Numbered from the stretch's first letter, positions 40,712 through 50,551 are shown. The stretch: 64,000 bases of DNA from Polyangiaceae bacterium (GCA_044222475.1 JBGANF010000018.1:1-64000); one strand, 5' to 3'. Numbers and translations: made by a program. The notes: generated by a model not told the origin, from the letters alone.

Positions 40712-40749
40712 TTGTTGAATTTGAATTCCAAGCTCGAATTCAATTTCAT
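40712..40749. promoter_or_regulatory. AT-rich palindromic region upstream of bfr (degenerate Fur-like boxes)
   Basis: ttgaattc-caagctc-gaattcaa inverted repeat; TTGAATTTGAATTCCAA resembles a 7-1-7 Fur site. Confidence 0.5.
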
Positions 40750-40854
40750 CGAGAAAAATAGGTGATTCGCGCTTGCGCACGGATTGCGCCGATGCTCTCT
40801 TGGGATCAGCGAAGCGCGCGAAGTGCGTACGCGCCGCGTTCCTCGGAGGCCAAA

Positions 40855-41325
40855 GTGAAGGGCGACTCGAAGGTCATCGACCTGCTCAACGAAGTGCTCA
40901 CGAACGAGATCACGGCGATCAACCAGTATTTCTTGCATGCGCGCATCTGCAAGAACTGGGGCTACGCGCGCCTCGCCGACTACATCCACAAAGAGTCGAT
41001 CGACGAGATGAAGCACGCGGACAAGCTCATCGAGCGCATCCTCTACCTCGAAGGGCTGCCCAACGTGCAGCGCATCGGGAAGATCATGATCGGGCAGACG
41101 GTCGGGGAGATCCTCAAGAACGATTACGCGCTCGAGATGATCGCGGTGCCGATGCTCAACAAGGGCATGCAGCAGTGCCGCGATCTCGGTGACAACGGCT
41201 CCGAAGATCTGCTTCGTCACATCCTCACCTCGGAGGAGGAGCACGTGGATTGGCTCGAGGCGCAGTTCGATCTGATCAAGCAGGTGGGGGAGTCGAACTA
41301 CCTCGCGCAGCAAATCCGGGGGTAG
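40855..41325 (+). CDS. bfr: Bacterioferritin
   Basis: (M)KGDSKVIDLLN, NEITAINQYFLH, ESIDEMKHAD, EEEHVDWLE; GGAGG RBS. Confidence 0.97.
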   Translation: MKGDSKVIDLLNEVLTNEITAINQYFLHARICKNWGYARLADYIHKESIDEMKHADKLIERILYLEGLPNVQRIGKIMIGQTVGEILKNDYALEMIAVPMLNKGMQQCRDLGDNGSEDLLRHILTSEEEHVDWLEAQFDLIKQVGESNYLAQQIRG

Positions 41326-41477
41326 GTTTCGTACCTACCTGGGTCCGACGGACCTCCGCCGCCGAATGGCTGCCGGCTAACAATTCTCGGGGGGGTATAG
41401 AATCCCGAATGAGTACGTTGATTTGGCCCGATCGTCACCCCGCTGGCGATCGGGTCGAGTCATTTTCGGGGTTGCGT

Positions 41478-41492
41478 TGAAAACGGTTTTCA
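41478..41492. promoter_or_regulatory. Fur-like box upstream of bfd
   Basis: Perfect 7-1-7 palindrome TGAAAAC-G-GTTTTCA between possible -35 TTGCGT and -10 TATCCT. Confidence 0.75.
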
Positions 41493-41509
41493 TTATCCTG
41501 TTCATCACG

Positions 41510-41713
41510 ATGTTCGTCTGCGTTTGCCATGCGGTGACCGACTCGGAAGTGAAGACCGCCATCGAGAGCGGTGCTGGTTGCGTTGATGCGGTGACCCGCG
41601 CTTGCCGCGCCGGCGGCGATTGCGGCGCCTGCCACGGCCACATCGAGAACATGATCGAGGAGCACCAAGAGCTGGTCTCCGCCGACCGTCTGGTCCGCGA
41701 ACGCGCCGCTTGA
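41510..41713 (+). CDS. bfd: Bacterioferritin-associated ferredoxin (BFD-like 2Fe-2S)
   Basis: MFVCVCHAVTD...GGDCGAC; adjacent to bfr. Confidence 0.93.
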   Translation: MFVCVCHAVTDSEVKTAIESGAGCVDAVTRACRAGGDCGACHGHIENMIEEHQELVSADRLVRERAA

Positions 41714-41753
41714 CGGTTTGGCCCGCCGAGGGCCATCTCGACGCACGGAGCTC

Positions 41754-43499
41754 ATGAGACACGCCCTAGCCGTCGCGCTCGGCGCCGCAACGGCGCTCGC
41801 GCTCGCGTGCGGCGCGCGCACCCCGCTGCCCGTCGGGGCGACCGACTCGCGAAGCACGTCGTTCTGCGTCCGGACCACCGCGTCGAGCGGCGCCGACGAC
41901 GTCGCGCTCTACGTGTTGCTGGACGCCTCGTACTCGATGAACGACGGCAGCAAGTGGTCCGACACCTCCGCCGCGCTCACGTACTTCGTGAGCGCGCCCG
42001 ACGCGGCTGGCGTCGGGCTCGCCCTCCAGTTCTTCCCCGCGCAGTGGTCCGAGTGCGCGCCGGAGTCGTACGCGACGCCCGCCGTTCCCCTGGGGCTCCT
42101 CCCGGAGAACGGCGCTGCGGTGAAGGCCGCGCTCGCAGCCCGCAAGGTCGAAGGAACGACCCCCGCGCTCCCCGCGCTGACCGCGGCGTTCGCGTACACG
42201 CGCGCGCTCAAGCAGAACGACCCCGGGCGCGAGCCGCTCGTGGTCTTCGTGAGCGACGGCGCTCCGTCCGGCTGCGGCTCGACGACCCGCGCGATCACCG
42301 ACCTCGTGCGCGAGGCCGCGACGAACGCGCCGCGGATCCGGACCTTCGTCATCGGTCTCGACAACGGATTCCCCCAAGAGATGGCCGCCGTCGCCGCCGC
42401 CGGAGGCAGCGGCGCCCCCGTCATCATCGACGGCGCCGTCACCGGACCGAAGGTCGTCGCCGCGCTCCGCGCGATCCGGGACACGGTGAAGCTCTGCCGC
42501 TACTCCATTCCACCGATCGGTGACGCCACCCTCACCCCCAACGACCTCGGGGTCACGTTGAACACCGACGCCGGACCGCGATCGCTCCCGCTCGTCGTTC
42601 GCGAGAGCGACTGCGGGCCGAACGGCGGCTTCACCGTCGACGACTGGAGTCATCCCACGAAGGTACAGCTGTGCGCCTCGTCGTGCGCCGCGGCTCACGC
42701 CGACCGTGCATCGACCGTCGAGATCGTCGCCGGCTGCGGCGCGGGCTCTCGTGACGGCGCCGCCCCCGAGGGCGGGACCGGCGGCGATTGCACGAGCCAG
42801 CCCGACGTCACGTGCGTCACGTCGTGCGCCGCCGACAAGCAGTTCGTCGTCCCCGCGTGCGTCTTCGGTACCTGGGAGTGCAAGCCGGGCACGGTCGACG
42901 TCCTCACGTGCAATTGCCCGGCCCAGCCTCACGAGTGCTGCCAAGCGGACGAGACGCTGGCGACCGCGTCGTGCCTCGACGGACGATGGGTGTGCCCGGC
43001 GGGCGGGAAGCTCTTCGGCGAGCCCGGCTGCGCAGCGCCCGACGTGTGCGCGCCGACGCTCCCGTGCGGTCCGACTGCGCTCTGCGTCGCCAAGGATGCG
43101 GCGTGCGGAGGCGGTCCCAGTTGGGGACGATGCGAGACCAAGCCGTCGTCCTGCGCTCCCGACAGCTCGGCGTGCGGCTGCGACGGCAAGGTCTACGCGA
43201 GCGTGTGCGCCGCCGCGGCGGCCGGCGTGGATCGATCGGCGACCGTCGGCTGCGCCGCGCCCGCCGGCAAGTTCCCGTGCGGTCCGCTCTTCTGCACCGC
43301 GGCGACCGAGGTGTGCCGCAAGGTCACCGACTTCGCCAAGACGATCGCCCCGACGACGTGGTCGTGCGTCGCACCGCCGGGCGGCTGCACCACCGGCTGC
43401 GGGTGCAACCTCTGCCCCGCCTGTCCTTCGGGGAAGAAATGCAGCGAAGGCTGCACGACCCAGGGCGGCGGTCGCGTGCTGACCTGCTCGCAGCTCTAG
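41754..43499 (+). CDS. vWA-domain lipoprotein with Cys-rich C-terminal repeats
   Basis: Lipobox ALAC; MIDAS DASYSM, TP, VSDGAP, TFVIG; Kazal-like CGCDGKVYASVC. Confidence 0.85.
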   Translation: MRHALAVALGAATALALACGARTPLPVGATDSRSTSFCVRTTASSGADDVALYVLLDASYSMNDGSKWSDTSAALTYFVSAPDAAGVGLALQFFPAQWSECAPESYATPAVPLGLLPENGAAVKAALAARKVEGTTPALPALTAAFAYTRALKQNDPGREPLVVFVSDGAPSGCGSTTRAITDLVREAATNAPRIRTFVIGLDNGFPQEMAAVAAAGGSGAPVIIDGAVTGPKVVAALRAIRDTVKLCRYSIPPIGDATLTPNDLGVTLNTDAGPRSLPLVVRESDCGPNGGFTVDDWSHPTKVQLCASSCAAAHADRASTVEIVAGCGAGSRDGAAPEGGTGGDCTSQPDVTCVTSCAADKQFVVPACVFGTWECKPGTVDVLTCNCPAQPHECCQADETLATASCLDGRWVCPAGGKLFGEPGCAAPDVCAPTLPCGPTALCVAKDAACGGGPSWGRCETKPSSCAPDSSACGCDGKVYASVCAAAAAGVDRSATVGCAAPAGKFPCGPLFCTAATEVCRKVTDFAKTIAPTTWSCVAPPGGCTTGCGCNLCPACPSGKKCSEGCTTQGGGRVLTCSQL

Positions 43500-44248
43500 G
43501 CGCTGCAGAGCTTGTCGACGAGGAACGACGCGACGTCGCCGGGCTTGGTCCCCGGCCCGAACCCCGCGTCGAAGCCGAGCTCGAGCGCGAGCTTGTGATC
43601 GATGCGCGGCCCGCCCAGGAGCAGCACGACGTCCTTGCGCCAGCCCTGCTTCTCGACGAGCTTCACGAAGGCCCCGGCGTTCTCCTTGTGGCAGTTGCGC
43701 TGGGTGATGACCTGGCTGACGAGGATCGCGTCCGCCTTCAGAGCGCGCGCTCGCTCCGCGAGCTGCTCGTTCTCGACCTGCGCGCCGAGGTTGTGCGCGT
43801 CGAACGTCTTGTAGCTCTCGAGGCCCTTGTCGCCGGAGTAGCCCTTGTAGTTGAGGATCGCGTCGATGCCGACGGTGTGCGCATCCGAGCCGGTGCATGC
43901 GCCGACGACGACGATCTTCCGCCCGAGGCGAGTCTTGATCCGGTGCTCGATCTCCTCGCGCGGAAGGCTCTCGGTGCGGACCTCGGGGACGTCGATCTGG
44001 GCGACGTCGATCGAGTGCTTCGAGTGGCCGTACACGACGAAGTACGAAAAGCCCTCGGCGCACTCTTCCATCGTCGCCACGATCGGCTCTCGGAGCCCGT
44101 GGGTCTCGGCGAAGCGCTTCGCTGCTTCGCGAGCGCGCGCCGATGGAGGCAGTTGGAGCACGAAGCTCATCTGCACCATGCCGTCGCCTTCGCGGTCGCC
44201 GTAGGCGCGAAGGACGTGTTCTCGCGGGGCGGATTCTCGGTGGGTCAC
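43496..44248 (-). CDS. kamE: Lysine 5,6-aminomutase beta subunit (cobalamin-binding)
   Basis: YGDREGDGMVQMSFVL; DAHTVG (DxHxxG); YKGYSGDKGLE; SQVITQ; GFDAGFGPG. Confidence 0.93.
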   Translation of the reverse strand: MTHRESAPREHVLRAYGDREGDGMVQMSFVLQLPPSARAREAAKRFAETHGLREPIVATMEECAEGFSYFVVYGHSKHSIDVAQIDVPEVRTESLPREEIEHRIKTRLGRKIVVVGACTGSDAHTVGIDAILNYKGYSGDKGLESYKTFDAHNLGAQVENEQLAERARALKADAILVSQVITQRNCHKENAGAFVKLVEKQGWRKDVVLLLGGPRIDHKLALELGFDAGFGPGTKPGDVASFLVDKLCSA

Positions 44249-44331
44249 GGTGGACACTCTAGTATAGGGCGCGGCTCTCGGTGCATCATCGTCGTCAGGC
44301 CGCCTCGCGCACGGCCGTCGGAGGAGACGCC

Positions 44332-44652
44332 ATGGGACGTCGTGATCGAACGAGCGCAACTGCCGAGCACGCGGGCTACCGCCACGCGCGGCTGGAGTCG
44401 CTCCTGCGCGACGAGATCGCCGGCCTGCTCGCCGACGAGATCGACGACCCCGCGCTGTTCGGGGTGACGGTGGCGCACGTCACGCTGAGCGTCGACTACC
44501 GCCACGCGAAGGTCTACTTCGACGTCGCTCCGGAGCGGCGGGACGAGGTGGAGCGCGCGCTCGCTCGCGCGACCGGCTTCGTCCGCGCGCGGCTCGCCGA
44601 CGCCGTCGACCTGAAGCGCGTGCCCGAGCTTCGCTTCGTCCACTACGTCTAG
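44332..44652 (+). CDS. rbfA: Ribosome-binding factor A family protein (stand-alone)
   Basis: DEIDDPAL, VTLSVDYRHAKVYF, ATGFVRARL, LKRVPELRF; GGAG RBS. Confidence 0.8.
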   Translation: MGRRDRTSATAEHAGYRHARLESLLRDEIAGLLADEIDDPALFGVTVAHVTLSVDYRHAKVYFDVAPERRDEVERALARATGFVRARLADAVDLKRVPELRFVHYV

Positions 44653-44729
44653 CGCGCTGGATCGTGAGGGACCGCGATCGGATCGATCGCGATCCGTACG
44701 AAACGCTGGGAAATACGCCCTCCGAGCGC

Positions 44730-44745
44730 TGGCACGGGCGCTGCA
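44730..44745 (+). promoter_or_regulatory. sigma54 -24/-12 promoter
   Basis: TGGCACGGGCGCTGCA, 12 nt upstream of ATG 44758. Confidence 0.7.
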
Positions 44746-44757
44746 CTGATGTAGGGA

Positions 44758-46137
44758 ATGCACCTCCGTTCCTTCGTCGCCGCGTTCGTCGCCGCGAGCC
44801 TCGTGGCCACGGTCGCCTCCGCGACCGACACGTGGACGAACCCGTACGACGGCATCAAGCGCCTTCGTCGCACCGAGACCGGACCCAACCAAGTCGTCCA
44901 CGCGCTCGTCGTCGACCTCACGACGCCTGGCGTGCACTTCGACTCGACGTCGACGACGCAGCGCAAACGCACCACGTCGTCGTACGCCAAGCTCGTCGGC
45001 GCGCAGGCCGCGATCAACGGCGACTTCTTCTCCTACGCGACGTACGGCACGAGCGGCCTCGCCGCCGGCGCTGGCGCCGCGTGGACCGACACGAAGGACA
45101 GCACGTCGAGCGCGACGCTCGCCTTCGATGGCGCCCGGCGCATCGAGCTCACGAAGGCGCAGACCGTCGTCACGTTCGACAAGACGTGGATGCGCGGCGT
45201 CGTCTCCGGCCACCCGTGGATCCTCGATCAAGGCACGATCGTGCCGTTCACGTCGTCGAGCACGCTGTGCACGACGCGGAACCCGCGCAGCGCGGTCGGC
45301 ATGAGCAAGGACGGGCAGACGCTCGTCGTCATGGTCGTCGACGGGCGGTCGACCGCGAGCGCCGGGATGACGTGCGGCGAGCTCGCCGCGGAGCTGAAGA
45401 GCCTCGGCGCGTGGAACGCCGCGAACTTCGACGGGGGCGGCTCCAGCACCATGTACCTCGCAGGGACGGGCATCGTGAACGTGCCCTCCGACGGGAGCGA
45501 GCGCGTCGTCGGCAACCACTTCGCGATCTACGCGCCGAAGTCCGGCAGCGTCGGCAGCTTCAAGGGCATCGTGTCCGTGCAAGGCGCAGGCACCCCGCTC
45601 GCCGGCGCGTCCGTGAGCATCGCGACCGTGGGCTCCGACGTGACGGACGCGAAAGGGGCGTACGAGCTCCAGACCCTTCCTGGAACGTTCGCCCTCGTGG
45701 CGAAGAAGGTCGGCTACACGACGGTGACGACGTCGAAGAAGATCCTCGCCGGGCAGGATCTCGTCGTCGACTTCGCGCTCGCGCCCACGTCCGACGGTGA
45801 CTTCGACGACGACGGCGTCCTCGACGGCAAGGACGACTGCCCCGAGGTCGCGAACCCCGATCAGGCCGACGCGGACAAGGACGGGCTCGGCGACGCGTGC
45901 GACCCCGACGACGACAACGACGGCGTCATGGACGAGGACGACGACTGCCCGTTCGCGCCTGGCACCGGCGCGGCGTGTCCGAAGCCGACTCCCGGCGCCG
46001 ACGCGGGCGACGCGATCGCGGCGGACGGCGAGGTCGGGTGCAACGCGGCCGGCGGAGGTACCAACGTGGGATGGATGGCGGTGGCTCTGGCCGCGCTCGC
46101 CTTCGTGCGCCGCCGACCCAGGACCTACCGCCGCTGA
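44758..46137 (+). CDS. Phosphodiester glycosidase (NAGPA-like) surface protein with TSP3-like repeats and MYXO-CTERM
   Basis: [54 protein letters not shown]...TM-RRR tail. Confidence 0.9.
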   Translation: MHLRSFVAAFVAASLVATVASATDTWTNPYDGIKRLRRTETGPNQVVHALVVDLTTPGVHFDSTSTTQRKRTTSSYAKLVGAQAAINGDFFSYATYGTSGLAAGAGAAWTDTKDSTSSATLAFDGARRIELTKAQTVVTFDKTWMRGVVSGHPWILDQGTIVPFTSSSTLCTTRNPRSAVGMSKDGQTLVVMVVDGRSTASAGMTCGELAAELKSLGAWNAANFDGGGSSTMYLAGTGIVNVPSDGSERVVGNHFAIYAPKSGSVGSFKGIVSVQGAGTPLAGASVSIATVGSDVTDAKGAYELQTLPGTFALVAKKVGYTTVTTSKKILAGQDLVVDFALAPTSDGDFDDDGVLDGKDDCPEVANPDQADADKDGLGDACDPDDDNDGVMDEDDDCPFAPGTGAACPKPTPGADAGDAIAADGEVGCNAAGGGTNVGWMAVALAALAFVRRRPRTYRR

Positions 46138-47682
46138 CTACTTCTCGAGCGCCTCGAGCAACGGGTTCACGTAGTCGGGCGAGCGCGGGACCACCCCCGC
46201 GTAGCCTTTGCCGCCGGTGCGCGTTCGCTTCACGTCGGCGAACGAGCCGCGACCGATCGCGTCCCAGATCCCTTCGCGAGCGACCTCTTCCAGCTGCGCG
46301 TGCGCTTCGTCGAGGACTTGGATCGCGCGCTTGGCGACGATGCCGCCGGGCTTGAACTCGATCTCGTCGCCGAGGTGGCGCGCGGCGCCGTAGACGTAGC
46401 GCGTCGCCTTCAGGGCGAGGAACCGGTCGACGAGCATCGGGTTGTGGATCGCCTCGCTGAACATCCCGAGGAGCTCGATCGACTGCTGGGTCGTGATCCC
46501 CACGAGGCTGAACATCGCGTCGTGGACGTGGCTCTGGAAGATGTCGCCGGTCTTGTGCTTCGTCGGCGGCATCCACTTGATCGGGTGCCGCGGGAAGATC
46601 TGGCGGATGAGCTGCGCCTGCGAGAGCTCGAGGAGGAAGCTGTCCTCGACCCACGGGTCGATCTCGTAGGCGTGCCCGAGACCGAGCTGCTCGTCCTTCA
46701 GTCCCGCGCGGTGGGCGAACGCTTCGTTGATGAACTGGCTCGCGAGCACCGTGTGCGCCTTCTCCACGGCATCGGCGGTCGTGAGGTAGTTGTCCTCGCC
46801 GGTGTTGATCACGATGCCGGCGCGGGCGATGAAGCGTCGCGACACGTACTGATCCACGAACGTGCGGCACATGTTGATGTCGCGGAAGAGGATCCCGTAC
46901 ATCGCGTCGTTGAGCAGCATGTCGAGCCGCTCGACCGCAGCCATCCAGGCGATCTCCGCCATGCAGAGCCCGGACGAGTAGTTCGTCTGGTGGATGTAGC
47001 GACCGTACTCGGCCGACGCCTCGTCGACGGCGCGGCGCACGATGCGGAAGTTCTCCTGCGTGGCGAAGGTGCCGCCGTAGCCCTCGGTCGTCGCGCCGTG
47101 GGGCACGTAGTCGAGGAGCGACTGCGCCGTCGCGCGGATCACCGCGACGACGTCCGCTCCGGCGAACGCTGCGGCCTTCGCTTGCAGCGCATCGTCGTAG
47201 ATGTTGCCGGTCGCGACGATGACGTACTTGTGGGGCGTCGGTCCGGGAGGGATCTTCGCTTTCAGCGCCTCGCGCTCGGTGCGCGCGCCGTCGATGCGGG
47301 CGAGCGCGGCGGTGACGTGCGGCTCGAGGGTACGAAGCACCGTCGCGCGGTCGGCGCCGCCTTCGCCCCGGTCGACCTCGTGCCCGAAGGCGAGGCGCTC
47401 GGCGGCGTCCTGGATCGAGCCGGCGCCGGCGGCGAGCGCGCGCCCGAGCCAGTAGGCGATGCCGCGGTCGAGCAGCCCGGCCTTGTGGTACCGCTCGACC
47501 GCGAGGTTCACGAGGGGCGCGCCCTGGTCGTCGGTCCCTTCCACGCCGTGCGCGCGGAGCATGGTGCGCTCGACGCCGACGCTGGTGTGAGCGTCGATGT
47601 ACTGCTGGACGTCGTCGGCGACGCGCGCCGCGAGCTCGCGACACGAAGCGACCTTCTTTGCATCCATCGGGACGGTGGCCAT
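46138..47682 (-). CDS. kamD: Lysine 5,6-aminomutase alpha subunit
   Basis: HTSVGVERT, YVIVATGNIYDD, QSLLDYVP, NYSSGLCM, NDAMYGILFRDIN, INTGEDNY, KWMPPTK. Confidence 0.95.
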   Translation of the reverse strand: MATVPMDAKKVASCRELAARVADDVQQYIDAHTSVGVERTMLRAHGVEGTDDQGAPLVNLAVERYHKAGLLDRGIAYWLGRALAAGAGSIQDAAERLAFGHEVDRGEGGADRATVLRTLEPHVTAALARIDGARTEREALKAKIPPGPTPHKYVIVATGNIYDDALQAKAAAFAGADVVAVIRATAQSLLDYVPHGATTEGYGGTFATQENFRIVRRAVDEASAEYGRYIHQTNYSSGLCMAEIAWMAAVERLDMLLNDAMYGILFRDINMCRTFVDQYVSRRFIARAGIVINTGEDNYLTTADAVEKAHTVLASQFINEAFAHRAGLKDEQLGLGHAYEIDPWVEDSFLLELSQAQLIRQIFPRHPIKWMPPTKHKTGDIFQSHVHDAMFSLVGITTQQSIELLGMFSEAIHNPMLVDRFLALKATRYVYGAARHLGDEIEFKPGGIVAKRAIQVLDEAHAQLEEVAREGIWDAIGRGSFADVKRTRTGGKGYAGVVPRSPDYVNPLLEALEK

Positions 47683-47733
47683 GAGCCGCTTTTGTCACCT
47701 TTCGAAACCAGTTTCAGGTGAAATCGCTCGAAG

Positions 47734-47854
47734 AGGGAACGCCAGGGCGCCAGCCGCGCCAGGGATGCCAGCGGTCGACACCCGAAAGAAGAGGGTGCCG
47801 ACCCTCTCTTCGAATCTCGTCAGTCCCTGGCGCTCTGGCGCCCTGGCGTTCCCT
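47734..47854. repeat. Long inverted-repeat element with internal hairpin
   Basis: agggaacgccagggcgccag...aggga (47734-47765) vs tccctggcgctctggcgccctggcgttccct (47824-47854); inner ggtcgacaccc/gggtgccgacc stem. Confidence 0.8.
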
Positions 47855-47859
47855 GCCGA

Positions 47860-48792
47860 TCAAGTGAAGTCGCGTTTGCGGAAGAGCAGCGACGCGATCA
47901 CGAGACCGATCACGCTGTAGAAGCCGGCGTGCAGCGCCGCCTTCGCCACGAAGGGCCAGATCGGCGTGTCGGGGAGCTCCCCGAGCAACAGCGGCCTCGG
48001 GGGGACGTAGAGGTGCAGATTCGGGAACACGTGCGCGAGCACCGCGCCCCCCTTCGACGCGGCTGCGCCGACCTGCGCGGGCGGCAATCGAGCCAGCGTG
48101 TCGGCGCTTCGTCCGATGACGAACACCGCGAACGTGAAGATCGCCGTCAGGAACGGCGACGAGAACGACGAGAACAGCGTCGCGATGGACGCGATGATCG
48201 CGCTCTCGCAGAACGCGAGCACCATCGAGGCGAGCACGAGCCGCCGGTTCGCGCTCCCCGTCTCGGCCAGCATCGCCATCGCGGCGACGGCCGCGAGCGA
48301 CCAGGGCAGGAGCACGAACACTCGCGTGTACTTTGCACGTATCAGGAGAACGCCGAGGATCAGTAGGAGGAGCAACGCGGCCACGCCGACGAGCCACGGC
48401 TTCTGTCCGGTCTCGAGCGCGAGCGCGGCGAGCAGCAGCGCCGAGTAGGACGTGACGAACACCGTCAGCGTGAGGAGCGTCCCCACGTACTTCCCGACCA
48501 GGTACTCGTGGCGGAAGATGGGCCGCGCGAGGATCGGGAAGAGCGTCTTCAGCTCGAGCTCGCGGTGCAGCGACGTTGCACCGAGGACGATCGCGACCAG
48601 CACCCCGTAGAGCGACATCGAGGCGGTGCCCACGTCGGACAGGACGCGGGCCTGTTGGTCGACCGACCAGCCGCCGACCACGATCGCGTAGAAGCACGTC
48701 GCGAACGCGAGCCCGAACAGCCCGTAGAGGATGCGCGCGCGCACCGCCTCTCGGTACGCGTTCGTCGCCACGGCGAAGACGCGGAAGAACAC
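47860..48792 (-). CDS. ABC-2 type transporter permease (PilI-like)
   Basis: VATNAYREAVRAR; ELELKTLFPILARPIFRHEYLVGKYVG; FPNL; FRKRDF; no ATPase gene adjacent. Confidence 0.85.
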   Translation of the reverse strand: MFFRVFAVATNAYREAVRARILYGLFGLAFATCFYAIVVGGWSVDQQARVLSDVGTASMSLYGVLVAIVLGATSLHRELELKTLFPILARPIFRHEYLVGKYVGTLLTLTVFVTSYSALLLAALALETGQKPWLVGVAALLLLLILGVLLIRAKYTRVFVLLPWSLAAVAAMAMLAETGSANRRLVLASMVLAFCESAIIASIATLFSSFSSPFLTAIFTFAVFVIGRSADTLARLPPAQVGAAASKGGAVLAHVFPNLHLYVPPRPLLLGELPDTPIWPFVAKAALHAGFYSVIGLVIASLLFRKRDFT

Positions 48793-48832
48793 GGTTCTCT
48801 ACTACCAGAGAAGCCGAACGTCCGTCACCGGC

Positions 48833-49474
48833 TCAAGCGGGCCCGGTGCCCTGCTTCGAGGTCCGGTACGAGCGAAGCACGTATTGCCGGACGAGCTGCG
48901 GCACCGTCAGCATCGCCGCGCGCAGCTTCTCTTCGTAGAACGTGCGCACGAGCCCCGCTCCCACGTCGACGAGGATCCCGTACGTCAGCAGCGTGCGCGG
49001 CGTCCCGTCGGCCGAAGGGGCCAGCGCTTCGGTGCGGAAGTACCCCCACGCATCGTCGATCGCGTGCGGGAACGACGGCTCGAGCCAGAAGCGGACCGTG
49101 TGCTCGCGCGGATACCGACGAACTTGGATCGTGTAGCTCGCGGTGACGACGCCGTTGCCTTGCGAAAGCTCGATGAACGTTCCGTCGCCCGGCCCCTTCA
49201 CCTTCGTCGCCGACTTGGTGCGGGGGAGGAGCTTCTCGTACGCGTCGACGTCGTCGAAGGTGGCGCCCAGCTCTTCCGGCGTCGCTTCGACGATCGTGTA
49301 CGTCACGCCTCCGACGAGTCGATGGTCGTCGTCTTCGACCGTCTGCTCGCGCACGACGGTGCCGCCGCTCGCGAGGAGCGCGTTCTCGCTCGGGGAGAGC
49401 CCGTCGGCCCGGGCCGCCTTCGAGAAGAAGAGCGGGAGCACGAGCGCGAGCGCCATGAGGACCCGTCGAGCCAT
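48833..49474 (-). CDS. Secreted SRPBCC/START-like domain protein
   Basis: Signal peptide; IVEATPEEL...DVDAYEKLLP; GYF; TLLTY. Confidence 0.65.
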   Translation of the reverse strand: MARRVLMALALVLPLFFSKAARADGLSPSENALLASGGTVVREQTVEDDDHRLVGGVTYTIVEATPEELGATFDDVDAYEKLLPRTKSATKVKGPGDGTFIELSQGNGVVTASYTIQVRRYPREHTVRFWLEPSFPHAIDDAWGYFRTEALAPSADGTPRTLLTYGILVDVGAGLVRTFYEEKLRAAMLTVPQLVRQYVLRSYRTSKQGTGPA

Positions 49475-49523
49475 CGCGGAGCCAGCGTAAATACGAGGCG
49501 ACGGCAGCGCAAGATCCGTCGGG

Positions 49524-50456
49524 TCAGTAACCCAGGAGCAGGTCGACGACCGGGCCCGTCTCCACCTCGAGAGGCCCTTTGCAATCATGGAGATCGCCAT
49601 CGACCATGTAACGCACGACACCGTCGGCCGATTCGATCGTCGCGCGTTCGACCACCGCGTCGTACCTCTTGTCGTCGCGCATGGGTTGCGCGCGCCAAAT
49701 GCGCGGAAGGTCGAGCACGAAGCCCACCGGATCCGTGTGGATCCCCAACAGGTGGAAAGCCCCCGGCTTTTCGGCGAAGCGATGGAACGGCCGAAAATGG
49801 AGGCCGATCTGGTCGACCGCGCCGCCGGCGACCGCGAGGTAGTCGCGCTCCGGCCAGCGCGTGCCGTCGCCGAGGGTGACCGAGCCGCGGAACGGAGCCG
49901 CGATGCGGGCGACCACGTCGCCGCCGACGAACGTGCTCCCGATCCCGCTCGCGAGCGTCTTTGCCGCGACGAGCGGCGACGGTTGCCCGTTGCGGTAGTA
50001 CTCGGCGAGAAACCCGTACACCGCGCCGGTGCCGAAGAGGAACCCGTACGAATCGCCGACGCGCAGCACGTGCCGTTGCACGCGCGGAAGATCGCGCCAG
50101 CCGCCGCGCAGCGCAGCGAGGAGCACGTCGGAGCGCGCGCGACGAACGCCGATCGAGTTCGCGACGGTGTTCATGGTCCCGCCGCGGAGCAGCGCGAGCG
50201 GCGGGAGCGGGCGCTTGCCGAACACCTCGACGAAGCCGGTGATCGTGACGTGGTTCGTGCCGTCGCCGCCGGCGATCGCGAGCGCCTCCACGTCGAGGCG
50301 CAGAAACTCCTCGGCGATGCGGCGCAGCTCGTCGATCGAGTGAGCCTCGCGCACGACGCCCGCGTCCCCGAGGGCGCGCGCGAGCCGCGTCGACGCCTTC
50401 GGGTCGCGACGGTTGCGCCTGCTCTTCGGGTTCAGGACGACGCCGATGCCGCTCAC
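49524..50456 (-). CDS. Diacylglycerol/lipid kinase family protein
   Basis: VVLNPKS, AGGDGT, RGGTMNTVA, YMVDGD. Confidence 0.88.
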   Translation of the reverse strand: MSGIGVVLNPKSRRNRRDPKASTRLARALGDAGVVREAHSIDELRRIAEEFLRLDVEALAIAGGDGTNHVTITGFVEVFGKRPLPPLALLRGGTMNTVANSIGVRRARSDVLLAALRGGWRDLPRVQRHVLRVGDSYGFLFGTGAVYGFLAEYYRNGQPSPLVAAKTLASGIGSTFVGGDVVARIAAPFRGSVTLGDGTRWPERDYLAVAGGAVDQIGLHFRPFHRFAEKPGAFHLLGIHTDPVGFVLDLPRIWRAQPMRDDKRYDAVVERATIESADGVVRYMVDGDLHDCKGPLEVETGPVVDLLLGY

Positions 50457-50551
50457 GCGCCCACCCTTGCGCGACGCGGTGGCCCTCGTCAATGACCAGT
50501 GTCCACCGTTTCCTGCTTGCGTTTCGCGGGGTCGCCACTATCCCTCCCACC

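Noticed and set aside
47683..47859. Cobalamin or lysine riboswitch upstream of kamD
   Set aside because: Conserved core motifs of either family were not recognised; kept only as an unexplained structured element
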